Positions 46,601 through 59,224 of a DNA stretch of 64,000 bases are shown here, piece by piece. The translations under genes and the position numbers were made by a program. Every line of letters starts with the position of its first letter. Position 1 is the stretch's first letter. The notes under the pieces were generated by a model. That model worked only from the letters and a program-made list of their open reading frames with translations. It was not told the origin of the DNA and ran no database searches. The stretch is from the IMG/VR virus record IMGVR_UViG_3300032007_000013; one strand, written 5' to 3'. The stretch comes from a virus (Duplodnaviria > Heunggongvirae > Uroviricota > Caudoviricetes).

Positions 46601-49600
46601 ATTAGCATAATCTGTTGGAGTTAATGCTGGAGCTAAGAATTTATAGTATTCATCAAGTCCCATGGCTATAATTGGTCTAACGCCTCGCATAGCATAAGAC
46701 TAAAATACATCTGGATTACATTCATAAGCACCAACAATATTCTAATAAGTTAATGAGCCATTAATATTTAAATCAGTGCTTGAAGGATTAGAAATACCTC
46801 TTAATACACGATATTTATTTACAATATCATCATAAAATAAATCGTAAAGATTATTCCATAAAGCACTTGTAGGAGTAGAGAAAATATTGTCTTTAGTAAC
46901 ATCGGCATCATAATCCCATAAGTAAGCACCAGAGTTATTAAGGCCTAATTGAGTATCAATATCATAAAAGATAGGATACCAAATATAATTTCCACCTGCA
47001 TGCTGTGGGCCGAAAGTAGCTAACATACAGTTTTTACCACGAGAGTCATAACAAAGTAAAAGTTCAGTAAGAACATAGTATGTTAAACAATATTCTAAAT
47101 CAAGCCATTCACTAAATTCAGCTTTAAATTTTTGACGACGATATTCTTTTGTATCCTTAGTGAATGTAGCATTCCATAATCCAGTAGAAACAGCCTGATA
47201 AGTAATACTATTGTCATCAGAGACAGTAGAAGATACACTATAAGTCTTAGGCTCACTTAAAGTCTAGTTTGTAGCGGCTTCTGGATTAGTTGAATCAACC
47301 CAGTTAAATAATTTTTCTAAATTGCTATGTTTTTCATAAATATAGTTATTAATCTAACCATTATTACTATAAGTTACTTGGGTATCTGGATCAGTGAATC
47401 CTTTATATTCATAAGCAGCATCTAGTTGATCTCCATAATAACTATAACGATATTCATAGTGATTAAGAATTTCTAATTTTGCCCCATCTCCACTAGTACC
47501 TTCTTGCAAAGTCATAAATCCTGTTTCTCTAGCGGCTTGATCTGGATACTTAAATGAACACCAAGTACCTTGGTTATCTTTCAATTCCCAACATTCAGCT
47601 ATTTCTGCTATTGTTGGCTAATATTCAACATCTTCATATAAATTAGTTGTTTCATTTTTTACTTTCTTGATACGAGTTGGAACGTATGGTTGCTCTATTT
47701 CTTCTTCAAAACCATAATATTCATTAGAGCCTTTGTCTAAATTCATATTATAACGTCCAATATATTCATATTTACCATTCGCATATTTATGGAATGTTAA
47801 AACAGGGAATCCGTAGACGGAAGTTCTCATATCTTTTGTGTCAATACCAAGATTATAATCCTCTAATGGATGCTTAGTATAAAGAGGATGAACTAAATTG
47901 CCCATCAAATTAGCAAACCCAGTATTATACATGCCAGAAGATTCCATGAAGTCAATTTTCCAAGTAAATTTATTAGTACCAAAACTTTCAGTATCCATAT
48001 GATATTTCTTAGCTAATTTTTTCATAGTGTCTTTATTAAACTAAGCTTTATCTGTCATAGGAGATACTTTAGTTTCTCCAGTAGTTTCATCTACAGTTTC
48101 TACAGTTACTAATTCTCCATTATTATAAAAATAATAATCTTTAGTTACTGACTTGCCGGCCAAAGGTCCATAAGTGTATTTCCAAACTGGAGGAAGTTTT
48201 TTAGGATCATATCCTTTAAATTTTAATTTATAATTACGTCTTGGATATTTCTAAGAAGAAGTGCCCTATACATTATGATCTATATGCTCAGCGTAGAAAC
48301 TTGGACAATGAGTGTAATAATAGAAAGGAGTAATTTCTCCATTTTCTAAAGCCTAATCTAAGGATGGATTAACAAATTCAATTGTCATTGGTCTATTATT
48401 ACCTTTTTTATAAGATAATCTTTCATCATTAGTATCTTCAATGAGCCAAGTAGCATAAGGCATTGTTAAATTTTCAGGATGTTCTTTATTATATTTAACT
48501 AATAACTCATAAGATAAAGCAGTATCATCTAATGGATCAGTTAACTGATTTTCATCATAAAGAACTATACTGTGCATATCAGATAAATAATTATGAATGA
48601 CCTATGGCATTGATAGACCCAATTCATAAATTCTAAATCTGAATAAATCAAAGTCGCAGAATTCAGAATTAAATACAAATGGTTGATTAACAGTAAATGA
48701 AGCTCCAGTACCAGTAGGAAGATCAACAGCACCTGATAAAATACCATTCAAATAAATATAGCAGACTTTATCAGTATGAGATACGACCATTGCAATATTA
48801 ATTACTTGATCTTCGCAATATCTTACATTTGCAACTCCGGATGGAGTCTTAAAGAAAGCTTCTTGTGTACCAATACAGAATCCATAATTATCATTATTTA
48901 ACCATTTAAGTACAACACCTTTTTCAGTCTCAACTGTTTTAAAGCTGTTCTGTTCATCCATTAATAAGTTACCATATTGATCTACACCGATTTTATAACC
49001 AGCAGCTTCAATTTCTTCTTCAAACAAAGAAGGTCCAGAATATTGTTCATCACCATCATTATTTATAAATGAAGAATAAGTAGGAACCCATTTTCCTTCC
49101 TCATCCTCTGAAGGTATCATATAGAAATATTTTGGAATAGTTCTTACTAAAGTAGAATATTCTTGAACATTGCTAATTCTAAAACGAAGTTCAAAAGTAT
49201 AATCTTTAGAACCATTTAAAATTAGTCCATTGCCTGCTCTAGTAATTGAAACACTGGCTCCATTCGCAATAGATAAATAAGCACCGCTATCAACACCATC
49301 AGCTCCAACGCTAGTACTATCTTTCCAACCATTATTTTGCCAGTTGAAATTTCTTAATTCTGTTGTAATACTGCTAGTATTAACAGTACTTTCAAATTTA
49401 TTTCTATTTCTCTTAATTTCACTACTAGAACGTCCAGCGGTTGTCATATTAAGAATTAAATTACTTGGAGCAACTAATCCTAATTCTCTAGAACCTTCTG
49501 TCGTAATGTCAACAGGAATATTCACACGAGTACCGCCACAAACAATAGCAAAATTATTTCTAGTAATAGTTTGATTTTCATTAACAGTATAAATATTTGA

Positions 49601-50881
49601 AATATCCCAAACTAACCAATTGTCATCACTATAATTAGCATCAATTTGAGAAACCTCAATACCATCTTTATAAAGATGTACTTCTGCAGGCATACCATTT
49701 GCATAATTTACAGGGTCAAATACCATATAACGGATATAAGAGTTTTCATAATTAGTAACAACTTTATCATATCCGCCGATCCAAATAATTGGAGTTTCAT
49801 CTCCTGGAGAAGCCCAAGCCCCTTCATATTCAATATAATTAGAATATACTGTGTTATTATTAATTGTTGTGCTCATTCTAAATTTAATAGAATGAACTCC
49901 ATGAGATTGTCTCTCAACAGTTACTGGAACAATCTAATTTAAGTAAGAAGCAGGAATAGCTACTCCATTATTTATTTCTTCATCATCAATATAAGTATGT
50001 AAAACAAAAGATAAAGAGCTATCTCCAACTGGACGATACCTTAAAGTTAAAATACCAGATAAATCATCGCTTTTTACTAATGCTTGGTAAGCTCCAGTTG
50101 ATGGTTTTTCTAATTCCATACGTACTACTCGTAAACTTGTTATGTTACGCTAATAACCTAAGCCATGATTATACTAAGAGTTATCAGAGGTTACAATAAC
50201 TTGAAGAGAAATATTAGAACTTTCTGGTAAAATAGATGTATCAAATTCTAGTCTTGCTCCATTTTCTACATTATTTTCAACAATAGTATTTGTAGTCCCA
50301 TTTTCTTTATCATTAATAATAAAAGTTACATTACAAGTAGTATCACCAACAGCAGTTGTTGTCGGAATAAATATAGCATTATAATTTTGTTTATAAATAA
50401 AAATACGACCAGTAGATATTGTATCAGTATCCCAAGTAATATCAACATCACGAGATGATACAATAGGTCCTTCTCCGCCGCCACCACCTGTGCCGCCGCC
50501 TGTCCCACTAACAGCAAGTAAAGTTACAGTAATTGTTTTTGTAGCTTCATCAATAGATAAAACTCTAAAGAATCTACCATCAGTGTTTAATATTAAACTA
50601 TTTGGCTAAGGAAGTGAGTTAGGATTTTCTAAAGCAGATGTATTCATTAAATAAATTGTGCTAGCGTCATCTTCTGGATCTGCTTTAACAATACTAGTAT
50701 TATTGCCATTAGTATAGATAATACCAGTTGAATTGCTACCCATTTGATAACGAGCTCCATTTTTATCTATATAGATATTGCCAGTATCATAAGCAAAATA
50801 AAGATAGCCTTCATGAATATCTGAATATTTAGTTTTAATGGCTTCTTCTGTGCCTCTTACTGGTTGAAAAATTTCTGCCAT
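43625..50881 (-). CDS. Giant virion-associated protein with CotH-kinase-like domain, LamG-like region, LRRs and Flg_new-like repeat (2418 aa)
   Basis: Nine track ORFs share one frame with TAG=Q; VQGTSSQKYPRRNYKLKF, DFMESSG..NTG, YDSRGKN, WYPIFYDIDTQLGLNNSG; LRR (LNLTGSSKLQEF; EYACFYWQGLRYFELP); GYDFLGWSKD. Confidence 0.8.
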
Positions 50882-50917
50882 TTTTCGTGCTCCTTTCTCC
50901 ATAAAAATATAATAAAA

Positions 50918-50945
50918 ATAAGGGGGAAAGAATTTTCCCCCTTAT
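50918..50945 (-). terminator. Terminator-like hairpin
   Basis: ATAAGGGGGAA-N6-TTCCCCCTTAT, T-rich downstream on the minus strand. Confidence 0.65.
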
Positions 50946-51008
50946 AGAATATTCCTTCAATGGAATATGAAAATTATATCTCTTATCTTAAATAAGTTTG
51001 TCCTTTAA

Positions 51009-52637
51009 TTAAAAGCTGCCCCATTCAAGATTTGCTTTAAGACCATCCTTATTGGCTAATTTTGTAATAGTTAAATTATCAGAAGTTAATTTAAAAGCTA
51101 CGCTTTGTCCGGCTCCGGCTTCACCGCTTAAAGTAAGACCAATATTATAAATACCAACATTGCTTTCAGCATCAACATGTAAAGTAGGTTTATTAAGAGT
51201 AGCATGAGTATCAGTTAACTCATAATTAACAGTTGAAATATTAGCAATATGGCCATGTTCATCAATAGAAATAGCTGAAACAGTTGGAATTGTTAATGTT
51301 GTTCCAGTCTATTGAACTCTAGTCCCAGTAGCAGCAGTATAAGTCTAAGCAGTCCCAGTACCTGCTGCACCGTGTTTGATCTAGAACTTCATTTGATTAT
51401 TATTAGTGCCAGAACCAGTAGCAATAATATTAATCTTTGAAGCAGTAGCAGAATCATCTTCTAAGAAACGAATTTGGCCTACTGTGCTATTACTATCAAA
51501 TTTATCTTTAAGTGTTAAAGATTTCCCACTAGTTGATCCTTCAATTTCAATAAATTGATCATTACCAGATGGTACTACTTCCCAAACGATATCATCATCA
51601 GATCCACTAGCAATAATTAAATCACCAGTTTTTGCCTCCACTTTCGGAGAAGCTAAAGTAATATTTTCACTAGCTTTAAAAGTATCACCAACACTACGAT
51701 TTTCATTAGTTAAAGCAGCCTAAGCGCCATCCTAATCTAATGTTCCTAAGTAGGACATAGCATCAAGAGTTCTCTTCTAAGCTTCTAATAAATCATCAAT
51801 CTAACCTGCTGTATAGATATCTAATGCAGCTGTACCATTAGCAAAAACAGCAGTTGAAGGAGTATCCCCCTTACCATAAGAAATAGTAGGAGTTATAGGA
51901 GCAGAATCCTTAGCTTTACCAACACTCGGAGTTACATGAGTAACAAAAGCACCCTTTTCATCAAAAGCATTAGCAACACTACTAATAGGATTAGAGCCAC
52001 TAATATTTACATTGCCATTAGCATCTGATGAAACAATAATACCATCGCTACCATTAATACTAATATCTTGATTTGCATTTGTTAAATTATCAGTTACACG
52101 AATTGTCCCGCCAGCATTATTGGCGACAGTGCCAATAGTATAAGTAGTATTTGTTTTATCAGTAGTAGCACTAATAACAATTTCGCCGTTTTGGTTTACA
52201 GTAACATTAACATCACTGCTACCTCTAATTTTAAAATTACCAGAAACAGTATTTCCTTTAGAATCAGCAAAACTTGTGCTTACCTGAGCTAAATTTGCTT
52301 GAGCCTCAGCATTAACAGAAAAAGCCTAGTCTACTTTTGGAACTAATGTTGTATCTGGATTAATCTGAATCCAATTACCATCTTTATAAATTGCTAAAAC
52401 ATTAGAAGCCTCAAGATAATAAAAATCACCCTCTTCTAAAATTTCTCCTGTTTTAGCAGAAGGCAATCCTTCTCCTTTATGAATTTTAATAAATTGGTTT
52501 AATTCAACTAAATTATTTGCGCTCTAAGCAAAATACAAACGATTAGTATCATCAGTTAAATAAAATGCACCTTCTGTAAAAGTAGTTAATGCTTTTAACG
52601 CAGCCTGATGGCCTCTCTTAAAATATACACTAGCCAT
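51009..52637 (-). CDS. Tail fibre-like structural protein (542 aa)
   Basis: MASVYFKRGHQAAL...EGAFYLTDDTNRLYF N-terminus; T/G/A-rich; ends LEWGSF*. Confidence 0.7.
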
Positions 52638-52659
52638 TATTTTTATCTCCTTTCAAATA

Positions 52660-53694
52660 TTATGGATCTAACTCAGTCCATTGGAGTCTTTCATTTAATT
52701 CAATGATTTCATCTACAAGAGTAGTAGATTCTTTCTCAACAGCAGCAGCTAAAGTAGCTAAATTACCAACTTCAGCATTATAAGTTGTTTTTAAAACATA
52801 ATCATTGAATTTATTATCAACTGCTGTAATAGAACTATTTAGATTTCCAACAGCAGAATTTAAATCTTGAGTTGTAACGTATCCTTCTAATGTAGGTAAT
52901 CCAATAGTATTCATTTTTTCATATGAGCCATTAATAACCATATACTCGTCATATAGATTATCGCCAGACTCATTAGAATTTCTTACTAAAATAATTGAAT
53001 TACTTAAATTTCCTACATTACTATCAGTAATAACAGGTAAACTATCTTGAATCTAATAAGTTAAATGATTAGCATTAGAGATAGCATCAGCAATTTTTCC
53101 ATCAACTGCTGTTAAACCATCCTGTAAATCAGAAATATTATTTTCAATTGATGAAACTTTATTTTCTAAAGTTGTTACTCTATCATCTAAATCTGTACCA
53201 ACTAATTTTTGCCAACTAGTTCCATTAAAAATATATGGAATATTGTTTACAAATACAATATCCCCTTCAGTTGGTGACTAATTTACCTTAGCTAATGCCC
53301 CAGATAAACTCTCTGAGTCTGTTTTAGTAGTCGAATCAACATGGATACCTGCTTGAGTGCTGCCTCCACCTATTGATATACCAGCATTTTCTAAAGCATC
53401 AGTTAAATCAATAGGCTCCCAGACTTGAGATAATCCATTATAATGAAGTATCATCCCATCTGACAAATTTTTAATTTTTGCAGAATCTATATCTGTTAAT
53501 TCGCTTAATTTAGTGGCACCGGCTAAACCAGTGCCACCTATTAAAACTTTACCTAAGTATAAAAGTCCACCATCTTCGGGGTTATTTTTATCATAAATAA
53601 AATATAAAGCATCAGATTCAAGTCGATTTGCTTGTTTTAAATTTTCATAACTTTGTGCTGAACCACGTGAAAACTTAACAAAATTTAACGCCAT
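52660..53694 (-). CDS. Tail fibre-like structural protein (344 aa)
   Basis: MALNFVKFSRGSAQSY...DALYFIYD...LYLG; ends LQWTELDP*. Confidence 0.7.
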
Positions 53695-53731
53695 TTTTTA
53701 TTTACGCTCCCCTCTTATTTAACTTTTTCAT

Positions 53732-53773
53732 TATATTTAAAAAAAAGAACAAATAAATTATACATTGATGTCC
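53732..53773 (-). promoter_or_regulatory. GGAC-N33-ATATA motif
   Basis: GGACATCAATG...TTTTTTTTAAATATA on the minus strand. Confidence 0.45.
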
Positions 53774-53775
53774 TT

Positions 53776-55812
53776 TCAGCTTGTAATTATTGAAATTTCT
53801 TCAGCACTAGCTCTACTTTTTAACTGCCAAGTATCGAAATCCATTTCATAATGACCACCAGTAAATTCATCTGAAATAATTGTATCTATATAATGATGCT
53901 AATTAACTGTTGCTCCACCACTCCTTTTTGCTGGGGTAGCCTCAGTGTCCCGGCCATCTAATAAAAATAAATCTTCTTTACGAGAAGCAAAAGTTTCCAA
54001 ATAACCGCCAACAGTATAAGGTTTATTCAAAATTGTTGGAATATTAGTTTTTCCATTAGAAGTTGTTGTCCAATCATTATATAAATAATAACGTGTTGTC
54101 CCTGTAATAGGATCTCTTTCCCCAAATAAATTAGATAAAATTCCAGCTAAACCAGTACCATTGATCTATACTAATTTTTTTAATTCAGGAGCCATATTAG
54201 CTAAAATACTGAAATTTGGATCATCATCATCCCCAGTAGGAACATGCATAGTAAATTTATAAATATTATCTTTAGTTAAATTAGTAGTTCCACCTTGAAT
54301 ATTTGCTAATACATATACTAAATTAGTTTCATCTTCTGGTCGTTGCTTTGGTAACTCTTTTAATACAATTGGCTCTTGAGTCTTATCATAATATCGAGCA
54401 GCTATAAGACCTTCTGGCTATATATCTTTATTATATAAGCTATTATAATCAAAAGTTGGGATTCTTGTTGTTACATGCCATTCTCCATTTTCATCCTATT
54501 TTTCTAATGTATCAGTAATAGGAATTTTTTTGCCATCTATTGTAATATCATGAATTTCTTGAGTAAGAGCATCTCTAACTGTAGCATAAAGAGTAAATTT
54601 AAAATCTCTTAAAAACTATCTAAAATAAGGACGTAATACGCCATGTTTATATTCTTCTTCTGTAGCATCTGGAAAACCATATAAAAGATCATAAATTGTA
54701 TTCATAGCATTACCAAAACTTGGCATGTTCATATATAGTAATTTTCCATCTACATCAGTTTTTTTATTTAAAGTTGCTAAAGGAATCTAATTTGCATCTT
54801 TAATAGGCTCTCCTGTTAATTTATCTTTTACAATTTCATAATCAGTCAATCCTTTTGGAATTAAAGAAATTGTTGAAGGTCCTTCTTTTTCTCCATAGCT
54901 ATATGCCATATTAAAACCATTTTTATGAAAATCAACAGTATTATTACCAGCTTCTACCTAAATGACACGAGGTTGATGTAATAAATATCTTAATTCAGTA
55001 TCTACAGTAGTATCAAAATATGATTTATTATAAGTTTCAATAGCATTAGTTAATTTAACAATTTCAAAATTTCCATATTCATCTTTTTTTCCTGCAACAA
55101 TCTATTCATCATTGGGAATCTATGTTGTAGTAGTATTTTCTCCTTCTGCTGTTCCAGTAGGAGTATATGTTAAAGGAGACTTTTCTTCAACGTCTAATTT
55201 AGGAGCCATCGCATTAAGTTCAGCCACCATGACATATCTATCTTGATTCTAAATATAAATTTTCTACCAAACAGTTGAATCATAAATAGCTCCATAATTC
55301 TATAAATCTAATTTTTCACTATTTAGAAATTCATCACGTTCAATAACCTATGTTTTTGCTCCTGTATCAGGATCTATTCTTAAATATATATTAGGCTATC
55401 CAAGATATTCAATAACACTAGCCGGTAAATCACTAGTTACAGTTTCTAACCTATTATTTAAATCTTGTAACAATTGAGTTAAATATTTTTCTTGAGTGCT
55501 ATATGGAGCAATCATAAAATCAGCCTATAACTGTGGATCAGTTAAACCAATATGTTTATAATTTTGGAAAAATTCTGTCCAATTTTCAGAAGTCATTGAA
55601 TTTTGATGATGACTTAAATAGTCTAATGCATTATGCACTTCTTGAGTAATAGGAAGATTTTCAAAACGTTCTCCATATTCAACTAAAACATAACGGCCAG
55701 CATAAACCCCATCTTTTGCCGCTGCTAAGTCCATTTCAGTTCTTGAATGATAAACTCTATCAAATTGGAATGAGGCAGCTCCAATCTTTTTTATATTACC
55801 ATATAAACTCAT
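53776..55812 (-). CDS. Structural protein of unknown function (678 aa)
   Basis: MSLYGNIKK...FQFDRVY..R.EMD....DGVYAGRYVLVEYG; open with TAG=Q to TGA 53776-53778. Confidence 0.72.
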
Positions 55813-56156
55813 ACGTCAACCTCCTTTTGCTCTTCATAGACAATATCAATAATAATATATCCATTCTATAAATCTCGAATTAATTTCATACTTTCTTGAT
55901 CTACTCGAAAATTATTAATAGTAGCAGAAGTATTTGCTACATCTAATTCAAAAATTCCAGAATTACCAATAATAATAGGAGTAATACTACCATTTAAATA
56001 AATTTTTGTTCCAGGAAGAGTCTGGACTCCAATTGCTGTCATAGGAGAATATTTTTTAAAACTATTAGCAGTACAGTATAACTGCCATTTCCAATTTGGA
56101 TTATTATTTTCATTACCTTCATCATAATATCGGAACTAAAGCATACGTGTTGCCAT
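55809..56156 (-). CDS. Small structural protein (115 aa), tandem paralog
   Basis: MATRMLQFRYY...GVQTLPGTKIYLNG...IIIGNSGIFELD. Confidence 0.72.
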
Positions 56157-56606
56157 TTAAGTGCCCTCCTTACCTACATTTTTTGTACTCTAATCTTCTA
56201 CTTCATAAGCAATAGTAATAATTAAGTATCCGTCTTCTAAAGTATTAATTGTTTCTTTACTCTAAGCATCAAGAGCAAAACCCGTAACCATTAAAGAATT
56301 ATCGAAATTAGGGTCTTGTTTTTCAGCTTCAGTAATTCTTTTCCTAACAGAAATTTCTAAAATTCCTGTATTTCCTACGACAAAAGGAGAACCGCCATTC
56401 CAAAGACTTCTATTTAAGTAAATTCTAGTTCCTGGCACTGTCTAAATTTTTATATAATTTATATTACCATATTTTTCAAAAGTATAAGCTTCTGGCCATA
56501 AAACTAGTCTTTCTTTTCCCTCTCTTTCAACTACACGAGGATAATTATTTTTCTAATTTGGATGATTTATTCCATAATATCTAAATTGTACTAATCTCAT
56601 TGCCAT
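56157..56606 (-). CDS. Small structural protein (149 aa), tandem paralog
   Basis: MAMRLVQFRYYG...IQTVPGTRIYLN...FVVGNTGILEIS. Confidence 0.72.
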
Positions 56607-56626
56607 AATAATTTCCCCCTTTGTTG

Positions 56627-59224
56627 TTAATAAGTCCGTTCAGGCACTTTAATGGCAGTGATTTTCATTAATCCTTTATACGCTAAAGGCAATGTAATTT
56701 TATTTATAATATAATAACCATTAACCGCACGCTCTCCGTCACGAGCAGAGATTATTGTATTTGGTTCAAGATAATAAATTGGAACCGTCTATAAACTTAT
56801 TGTTTCATTGCTATAAGCATTTTTATAAACTAAATCATCAATTACTTCTTGAGCTGTAATACTTCTAGTGCTAATTCTAATTCTTCCATCAGATAAATAT
56901 GTTTTTAATGCTGCCCTATTAGATAAATCTACATTTAAATAAGCATAATTATCTAATAATCGTCCACTATCTTCATATTTTTGTTTATCTTCTTCATTTA
57001 TTAAAATAACGTTTGGGACAGCTTTATAATAAATAGCTCTTACGCTATCATTATTATCAATTTTTTGTCTGTCCCCAATCGCTGGAACAGAAAATTGCCC
57101 TAGCCCTAATGAATCTGCATCAAAAAAGTCAAACCAAAATAATAAGGCTGCTGGATTTTCAATAATATTTTTATTCCAAGGACCAACATATTCTTTTTTC
57201 AAAACTCCATCATCTAAAGTAATTTTTTTATAAAAATCATTTTTATTTATTAATTGAATATTACTTGAATCAGTAATTTTAATAGTTTCCATTTCTTCTA
57301 ATGGCAAATATAAAGTTCGCCAAAATCCTTCAATATCATGATAATATTGCTCATATCCAGTTTTTCCACGTTCATATGGTCTCATTTCTATTGGTAAATT
57401 AGTATTAATATTTGTAAAAATTTTATAATTGTTCTATTGAATTTTTACTTCAAAATCGTCATCATGACAATATTTTAAATAATCAAGAGCCATCTAATAA
57501 ATGATTTCACGCCAATCAACAATTTCATATTTCTCATCATTTAATATTACATGCTATTCATCTAATAAAGAATACACTAATTTTCTTTTAACTGTATAAT
57601 TAAAGAAATCTTCACTTATATATCCTTTTCCATCTTTATAAGTATAATCTTTATTTCCTTCGCTATCTTCAGTAATACGAGGATAAGACCAATAAAATTC
57701 TGGTTTTTTATCAATAGCATATCTCATATGAATTGGAATTTCTTCTCCAGAAGATAGTTTCTTTTTACCCCAAACAGTAAAATCATTCTTAATCTTCCCC
57801 ATTTGAGGATTATTTGAATAAGAAGTAATTAATCGTCCACTATCAAAACTATATTTAACTATTTTAGCAACTTTTTCTGGTAAAATCAAATTTTCATTTT
57901 CTCCATCAATTGGCTCGATATTATTCCAAGCAGTATTCACATAAGTTTTTTTTGCTTGAAAAACAAACTATCCTTCTAAATTATAAAAATATTCATAAGC
58001 TCCAAAAGTTTTTACTATTTTATCTAAAATAGAAGTTACAGTTTCTCCGGCGGCCGCTATTAAATCTTCTGGATAATAAGTTTCTACTAATTCATATCCA
58101 ATATCTTCTCCATCTTCAATTTTTATAACAACAAACTACTTTGTATGTTCTTTATTTATTAAAATAGTTGGATCTTTATTAATATCAATTAATGCTCGGT
58201 TATCTTCACCAGAAGTAGTCTAGAAAACAAAATTACTACGTAAATGATTAAAATTAACAGTCAAATCTGGTAATTCTTCATAATAATAATCTATAGCAGG
58301 TAATAATGTGGTCCCATTTGATATATCTACTACTTCTTCAGTATGCATATCTTGTATTAGATATAATTTCTGTCCAGTATTATTTGCTAACATTTTTAAA
58401 GACAAGTTATCAATATCTTTTATTACAATATTATGAAAATTTTCTTGGCCATAATAATGTATCATTTCACGAATTATATAAGAAATAGGTTTTTTAATGT
58501 CAATAAACCCGCCATCTTTCTGCTAAGTGCGTTCAGCGTCTAATTGAGTTTCAGCATTAAAAGTACCACTTATGTCTCCATTAAGCAAACACATTTTATC
58601 TTTTCCAGTAATTTTAATACTATATTGATTTACTTTAGCAGTAGGTTTAAAGTCAGTTAAAATAAAAATTCCCTATGGGAACCATATAATATCAGGATAT
58701 TTTTTTAAACCAAAATTAATTCCATTAAATGCTGTTAAAAATTTATTATATGATTCATTATATTCATCTATTGTAATTTTCTATTTATTATAAGCAATTT
58801 GAGCTTCTAAATATTGAAAATATACCTAACGAATAATATTAAACTATGAAGTAGTAATCTATCCATCTATATAACTTTGCTATATTTTATCAAACAATGT
58901 ATTATTATCATCTTTTATATTTTTAGTAGAAACTCGGTATTGAGATAAATTATTCTCAATACCGATTTCTACTTTAATTCGAGTTGTTAAAGCCCAATAA
59001 ATATTATTTATATTTAAATCATTTGTTGTAATAGTTAGAGAACATACTCTACGAACAGCTGAATTACCATCAATATTAATATTTCCAGCAGTGACAATAC
59101 CTTCAATCTATTCACAAGGATAGTTTTCTGAAGTTAAAGATGTAATACGAGCATAAGTAGTTCGATTTCTGTATAAATCTAACTAATATAAAAAATCAAA
59201 ATCTAATAAAGGGTTCTATGCCAT
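56627..59224 (-). CDS. Putative baseplate hub / tail-associated protein (865 aa)
   Basis: YARITSL...IEGIVTAGNINIDGNSAVRRVCSLT; IWFPQGIYVI; IKNDFTVWG; VPIYYLEPNTII...I.KITLPL...M.ITA C-terminus. Function inferred from context. Confidence 0.6.

Noticed and set aside
50882-50902. Track start MEKGARK for the giant protein
   Set aside because: The GAAAGGAG RBS lies inside this extension; the likely start is ATG 50881 (MAEIF).
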